A stretch of 40,595 bases of DNA, taken from Octopus bimaculoides. Taxonomy: Eukaryota. Shown one piece after another: positions 34,312 through 40,595 of this stretch (within the stretch, counting starts at the first letter, position 1; every line of letters begins with the position of its first letter). Made by a program: the position numbers and the translations under genes. Location of the stretch: contig NC_069007.1 in the NCBI RefSeq assembly GCF_001194135.2, positions 4,439,207 to 4,479,801 of the forward strand. Reading direction: 5' to 3'. The notes beneath the pieces were generated by a model, which saw nothing but the letters and a program-made list of their open reading frames with translations, was not told the origin of the DNA and did no database searches.

Positions 34312-36219
34312 CACATAATGCAAGAATAGACAGGAAGTGTTGAAATATCTTTTTGAAGAGCACACGCACCTCTCTGTGTCATGAAGGGCTATGGCTGGGA
34401 GAGGGAATTTCTGAGACTCATGGCTCACCGCTGGTAGTAAGGACGGAGCAGTTTCATTTACCAACTCACGAGTTGTGCCTCGGGTTACTCTGGGTCCGAC
34501 ACCATCCATCATTTTTTGTCGTTTTTGATCTTTAGTATTTTTCTGTGCACAAAGTTTTTAGAAGGATCCTGAAGTTTTATATGCAAGAGCTGAGTCCTTA
34601 CCCTTGGATGTTAAACTTTCAGGTCTTCTACTCATCGCCCTCTACAAGATACAATTCTGCTGCTATTTTGTGATCTTGCGTGTCATATGCTCTACACATC
34701 TGAAAAATAAATATTTTAAGAAGCTGCTCATTTTAAAACTTTGTGGATCTAAGTACGATACAAGACAATCTTCTATCTATCAATCTGTCCGTCCGTCTGT
34801 GTCTATATATCTATCTGTGTCTATCTATCTACTATATATCTATCTATCTGTGTCTGTCTGTCTATCTATCTGTGTCTGTCTCTCGCTCCCTCTATCTGTC
34901 CATATCTACACACACACACACACACATACGAGCACTCGGACAGGCATATATACATATACATACACGCATGCATACATACATACGTACGTACATACATACA
35001 TACATAAATATATACACACACATATAGGTATGTGCGTATTGTCCATATGTGTGCTTATGTATTTACATTATATACACATATGTACATATAACACATATAC
35101 CTACATACGCCCAAAGACAGTTGGGTGCACACATACTCGCACACACAAACGCATGCACACATGAATTATCCAAATGTCAACGATTGTGCAGCAGCAGTAA
35201 CAGCAGCCGGATGTTGTTATGCATTGCGTTGCATGCTGTGCATGTGTTGCATCATTGCAATCTTGTTTGTTGTTTAAATCGCAGAGAACCATCCTTTAAC
35301 TGCTCATCCAGGGTTTTTCAAATTTATGTGGGGGATTTTTTTTTCGCTATAAGAGCGCAGTACTTGATGTGTAAAGAATTAATAAGCAATAGGCAGCAGA
35401 GAAGGGGGGTTTAATATAAATAATCATCGCAACATTAACATGAATGATGTCAATATATCAAAACCAAAAACAGCAATGATGATGACGACGATGATGATGA
35501 TGATGATGGTGATGACGATGATGATGATGATTTCTTTTATTGGCCACAAGGGTCCAAGACATTGAGGACCACATCAAAAAGACGCAATACAGCGCGCAAA
35601 AAAAGGTGGGGTTTATATCGATCAAACGAAAAAACAACAATAAGGAGATAACAAAGGATATAAAAATAGAATTTAGAAAAATTAATAAATAAACGAATGA
35701 ATAAATAACAACAACAGCAGCAGCTGCATCGTAAGCAGCAACAACAAAAAAAGCAGCAGTGATAATGACAATAAATACAAACGAAATATTAGAGGATGGG
35801 TGTTGGTGGTGTGCAAAAAAGAAGACTTACAGGCGAGAAAAACGAAATAGATTTACAATAAATAAATAAATAAATAAATAAATAGCAGTGTCCCAGCATG
35901 GCCACAACGCCTGGCTGAAACAGATAATAGGATAACAGAATGAAGCAACTATATATAAATATAGGAATACAAGGAGTTTGCAGCGAACCAATGAGAAATG
36001 GCTTTTCTGCGGTCGATCGATTTTACTAGAAGTAACTGCCAAAATCTCCCTCACGTCACACTTTACCATTTCCACATACACATGTGTGTACACATACATG
36101 CGTGCACACACACACACATACATACATGTGTGCACACAGACAGACATGCACACGCGTGCACACACATACACACACAAGCAAGTACACGCATACACACAAA
36201 CGTCTGTTATGCGCCGCTG

Positions 36220-36395
36220 GACTTAAGGCCCTTAAACTATCCCATTCCATGGAATGCCAGTCCTTCGCAGGGTTAACTTCCCCAGCTATTAATGCAACTC
36301 ATTTACAGCTGATTGACGTGGAGCAACATGAAATGGAGGGTTTTGCTACAAAACAACGCATCACTCAGTCCAGGAATCGAAACTGCAAAACTGAA
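36220..36395 (-). mobile_element. Degenerate S4 SINE
   Basis: rc GTTTCGATTCCTGGACTG (B-box-like)...CAGCTGTAAATGAG...AACCCTGCGAAGGACTGGCATTCC. Confidence 0.6.
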
Positions 36396-36479
36396 GAAAA
36401 ACTGGGACTTAGTTTGTTATGCGCCCTTCGATTAGGCTGTCTGTTCCTTTTTTAATTGACCCTTTTTAAACTAAACCCA

Positions 36480-37135
36480 GGGTTTTGTTCCACATGCATC
36501 CTCAGTGGCTTTCCAATATTGGCCATGTAAAGGTTTCTCTTCACTCTGTCTGATGTGCTCTCTTTGAATTTCATTGCCTTTTTTTCTCCTATTATGTGCT
36601 TGATCATCTATTCTTTATTCACTGTCTTTGGTAGTTTTTCTATGCTGTTCTGTGAACACTCTACTTAGCTTTTTCTTTCCCTCTGTACATATTCTTCTAC
36701 TGCTATAAATCCTCTTCCACCTTCGTCTCTCCTCAAGTACAGCTGGTTGATACCAGCTTTCGGATGGTGGGCTCCATACATTGTCAACAACTTTCTAGTT
36801 TTTCTGTCAAGTTTCTTTATATCGTTTTTGGTGCAGTCTATAATTCAAACTCTGATTAAGGATGCTGTTCTTGAATTTATTACTTCAATAAGATTTTTGG
36901 AATTCAGCTTTGACTGCAATAATTTTCTGACTCTCCTTGTGTATTGGTAATTTGTTTCATTACTTCATTTCTTATCTCGTCCGCTTCCAGTTTTCCCAAA
37001 TACTTATACAACTGTCCGTTCTCAACCCCTCTGATTGTTTACCCATTTGGCATTTTAATTCCCTGGCTTCCTTCAACTCTTCCTCGTTTCATTTTCAAAG
37101 TACCCCAAATTTGTTGCATCTTTGTGCTGGTGGGA
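36480..37135 (-). mobile_element. R4/Dong-type LINE internal fragment, post-RT region (subfamily C)
   Basis: LKMKRGRVEGSQGIKMPNG / YKYLGKLEAD / YTRRVRKLLQSKLNSKNLIEVINS / KKLDRKTRKLLTMYGAHHPKAGINQLYLRRDEGGRG / EEKPLHGQYW. Confidence 0.8.
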
Positions 37136-37489
37136 TGGTGTATGTTGCATTTTTTTAATATGAAAATATTGTATTGTATCAGTATGTTTCGCTATGGGGT
37201 TTTGTTTGAGTCTTCGCCTGTATTAGTTTTTATCTTGTGTGTTGTTTGTGTAGCGCAGGTTGTGTTCTGTCGGGTGTCGGCCTTCTATGGCACATGTCGT
37301 GGGTTTTGTTCATTTTGTTGGGTATTTACAGTACGAGTTTATTCTTGCATGTTTTTTTGGCGGGAGGGGGTGCATAGTAGTGTGTGCAAATCATAAATCA
37401 ATTATTTCATAGTATTTATGATTACCTGTCCGCTGTTTGTTTTGTTATGGGTTCCGTTTTTACAGCGTTCACTTTTCTTCTTCTTGTTA

Positions 37490-38440
37490 TTATTCAGTAG
37501 CCTTAGTTTTATCACGTGCTTTCACTGCACTACCGAGCGCAGTTCTGTGTGCCTTGGGTATGTGCTGTGTTTTGTTGCGGTGCGCTTATTTTCACTGTAT
37601 CGAAAGTGTTTTACGTAGGATTTGTGCTATTTTCTGTATGTTATATATATTCGTATGTCCTGGTGTTTTGGTTATGTATATGTCTGAATGTTTTTAATCA
37701 TGCCTAATGCACCTATTATCATGGGGATTGTTTTTGTTGTTACGTTCCACATTCGGATTATCTCTATTCCCAGGTCTTTGTAGTTTGAGAGTTTCTCTGT
37801 TTCTTTTTGTCTATTGAGATTGATGCAATGATCAAAAGGCATTTCTTCTTGCTGATCTCAGACAATTATATCCGGTCTATTAGCCTTGTTTTTCGTTATC
37901 TATGTGTATTGGTATATCGCAGTGTACGGTTGCTTTGTCATTTTCTGAGACCTTTTCTTGGGTGTGCCAATACAATCTTTTTTCCTGTTGCCATTCCATA
38001 CTGTTGGCATAGCTTCCAGTGTATGTAGGTCCCAGCTCTGTCGTGTCTGTGAATATATTCCTTCTTAGCCAGGACTGGGCATCTAGAAACAATATGATTT
38101 ATTGTTTCTTCCCCATCAACACATATTGTGCATATACTTATATTTCTTTTCGTTGTGCGTTTCTGGTGGGAAGACTTTGATCTTCTGCTGCAAATAAAAT
38201 TCCTTCAGTCTCTGCTTTGAGTCCTCTGCTTCTCAGCCATTGTCGTGATTTTATTTCGTTTATTTCTTTTCTGCTCAGCTTAACCCAATATTTGCCACGA
38301 AGGGGCTTTTCTTCCCATCGTTTTATCATGACACTTTGCTGTTCCAGTTTTAGTTTGGATTTCAGTTGTTTTACAACCTTTTATCGTTTTCATTTTTTCT
38401 TCATAGTTGTCAGGTACTACGACTTCTTTCTTGGATTATT
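37490..38440 (-). mobile_element. R4/Dong-type LINE 3' portion (subfamily B), second copy
   Basis: RWEEKPLRGKY...WLRSRGLKAETEGILFAAEDQSLPTRN / CTICVDGEETINHIVSRCPVLAKKEYIHRHDRAG / KANRPDIIVRD / NYKDLGIEIIRMWNV / MIIGALGMIK. 3' UTR matches 10177-10272. Confidence 0.9.
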
Positions 38441-38444
38441 AGCG

Positions 38445-38795
38445 GATGGGGCCTCTCTAAGTGTAGACCCGTGAGTCGGAGAGAAGGAATTGGAGAGGGC
38501 ACTTGCTCTTGGTGTTCAGGGAGTTCTCGAACAGTGGGGTTCCTCGATTATCCCTAGAGGTCACCCTGTATCAGGAGGGCTACGTCTCTATCATCCTCTC
38601 CCCTCCACCCTTTTTAAACCTTTGTATTCTATGCACATATCCTTCCTTTTCATTGTATACCGTGCATACTTATATTTTTTCCTATCATTTCATTATATGC
38701 AAAACCCTACACCTCGTCTGTCTTCGTATTATTCCCCTCATCCTTCGCCCTGGTGACAAATAAATAAAATCGCTATTATTATTATTATTATTATT
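38445..38795 (+). mobile_element. Tx1-like LINE 3' end with AATAAA and (ATT)n tail
   Basis: Homologous to rc 7692-8000 (CCTCTCTAAGTGTAGACC...GGAATTGGAGAG...CAGTGGGGTTCCTCGATTATCC...CCCTCATCCTTC). Confidence 0.88.
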
Positions 38796-38966
38796 AAATT
38801 CAAATTACGACAAACGTAAAAGAAACAAACAAAGTTTGCTTTTAGAAGCGTTGAGATGTCTTAGAAAGTTAAAGAAGTGATTTTTAAATTCTCAATCGCA
38901 GGATAATGCTAATAATATAGCCTGGACAGGATAAACTACCCCTATTTTGCAGAGAAAAGTGTAGGT

Positions 38967-39041
38967 GGTTAGCTGTGGGACTCGAACTCACATCCCCGTG
39001 ATTACGCGTCACGATGCTTTGACCGATTAAGCTAAACTACC
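38967..39041 (-). pseudogene. tRNA-Thr(CGT)-like sequence: tRNA pseudogene or head of a fifth SINE family
   Basis: GGTAGTTTAGCTTAATCGGTCAAAGCATCGTGACGCGTAATCACGGGGATGTGAGTTCGAGTCCCACAGCTAACC. D-stem GCTT/AAGC, anticodon arm CGTGA-CG(CGT)AA-TCACG, TTCGAGT T-loop. Defects: G instead of U33, a T-stem mismatch and an extra A in the acceptor stem. Confidence 0.6.
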
Positions 39042-39158
39042 CACTACAAATTCCTAATTATTATTATTATTGCTATTATTATTATTATCATCAATCATCA
39101 TCATCATCAGCAGCAGCAGCATTATCTTCTTCTTCTTCTTCTTATTATTATTATTATT

Positions 39159-39625
39159 AAAGCGGTGAGCTGGCCGACTGGTTAGCACGCTGGGCGAAAT
39201 GCTTAGCGNNNNNNNNNNNNNNNNNNNNNNNNNNNNNNNNNNNNNNNNNNNNNNNNNNNNNNNNNNNNNNNNNNNNNNNNNNNNNNNNNNNNNNNNNNNN
39301 NNNNNNNNNNNNNNNNNNNNNNNNNNNNNNNNNNNNNNNNNNNNNNNNNNNNNNNNNNNNNNNNNNNNNNNNNNNNNNNNNNNNNNNNNNNNNNNNNNNN
39401 NNNNNNNNNNNNNNNNNNNNNNNNNNNNNNNNNNNNNNNNNNNNNNNNNNNNNNNNNNNNNNNNNNNNNNNNNNNNNNNNNNNNNNNNNNNNNNNNNNNN
39501 NNNNNNNNNNNNNNNNNNNNNNNNNNNNNNNNNNNNNNNNNNNNNNNNNNNNNNNNNNNNNNNNNNNNNNNNNNNNNNNNNNNNNNNNNNNNNNNNNNNN
39601 NNNNNGGTAGAAAGGATCATTATTA
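39159..39625 (+). mobile_element. S3 SINE, mostly within an N-gap
   Basis: Head AAAGCGGTGAGCTGGCCGACTGGTTAGCACGCTGGGCGAAATGCTTAGCG before the gap; GGTAGAAAGGATCATTATT after it. Confidence 0.7.
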
Positions 39626-39839
39626 TTATCATTATTATTCTTCTTGTTGTTGCTGTTATTATTATTATTATTATTATTATTTCTTTCGTCCAGCCATCGA
39701 TGCATTTGTCAATATGGACAGATAGCTAAAAAGATTGACAAATAAAAGATATGAAATAAAACTGAATATTAAAATGTTTTTTTTTTTTCCTAGAGAGTCA
39801 AAATGATATATGATGTCTTAAAATCTCCCTCTGCTAAAC

Positions 39840-39863
39840 ACTTTACATTTCTCTCCTCCCCCT

Positions 39864-39894
<31 letters not shown>

Positions 39895-40340
39895 CTCTCT
39901 ACTTCTAAATTCAACAAACTTTTAACCATGTCATATCCCTCCTCACGTCGTTATCATTTATGTCCTACTCTCTCTCTTCACCTCTCACTTCCACTAACCA
40001 CATGACAGTTTATTGCATCCGCTGGCAATAACGCCACTACTCCCTCTCTCTCTCTCCCTTAGTCTCTCTCTCTCTCTCCCTTAGTCTCTCTCTCTCTCTC
40101 CCTTAGTCTCTCTCTCTCTCTCTCTCTTTCTCTTCCCCTGTCTATTTGCCTTTCTTTAACCTCAACACTAGATCATCACTCCTTTATAAAACATTGTATT
40201 TCTCATTTTCTTTCTCTATAACTTTATCTTCACCTAACATTTTAACCACGTTATAACTATTACGTTCTCCTTACCTAACGTCGTTGACACTTCTCTCTCC
40301 CTCATTTTCTCTCTCCTTCTTTCTCCCCTCTACCGTTTTC
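39840..40340. repeat. Pyrimidine-rich (CT)n tract including a 22-bp unit (CT)nCCCTTAGT x3
   Basis: CCCTTAGT at 40056, 40078 and 40100. Confidence 0.85.
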
Positions 40341-40538
40341 CTCTCTCTTTTTCTCTATGGCTCTACGCCTTTCTCTTCCATTAACCACGTGACAGCGCAA
40401 CGCGTTTCGCCCTTAGCGCATTAATATGAAGATTGTATAAAGTGACAATTGTAATTCACACGAATAGCTCGTTCCCTCTCTAACTTGTGAAGAGAGAAAA
40501 GTGAAACGAACGAGACGTAAAGGAAGAGAGACGGGTTT

Positions 40539-40540
<2 letters not shown>

Positions 40541-40595
<55 letters not shown>
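40541..40595. repeat. (GA)n microsatellite
   Basis: Direct reading. Confidence 0.95.

Overview
AT-rich eukaryotic draft-assembly DNA with about 17 N-gaps and very dense (AT)n/(AC)n/(TAA)n/(GAT)n/(GA)n microsatellites. The SINE, LINE and MITE repertoire looks like a cephalopod (Octopus-type) genome; this is inferred from family recognition, not from a search. I found no intact protein-coding gene, credible host exon, rRNA or CRISPR array. Nearly all ORFs in the track are microsatellite or N-gap artefacts. The window is a layered transposon graveyard. It holds four tRNA-headed SINE families plus a tRNA-Thr-like head, fragments of several R4/Dong-type (REL endonuclease) LINE subfamilies, L1/Tx1-type LINE fragments and an RTE (Rex3/Expander-like) 3' end. 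DNA transposon relics include a hAT/Buster element, a mariner, a maT-type Tc1/mariner and mariner MITEs. There are also three degenerate tandem arrays (~137, ~45 and 18 bp periods). I do not see a new functional system. The best leads are (i) a twice-repeated architecture of a Tx1-like and a Dong-like LINE fused head-to-head between (TAA)n tracts, (ii) hairpin modules conserved or shared among SINE 3' ends, and (iii) well-resolved nested insertions with target-site duplications (TSDs). All translations and alignments were done by eye, and coordinates of degenerate elements are approximate.
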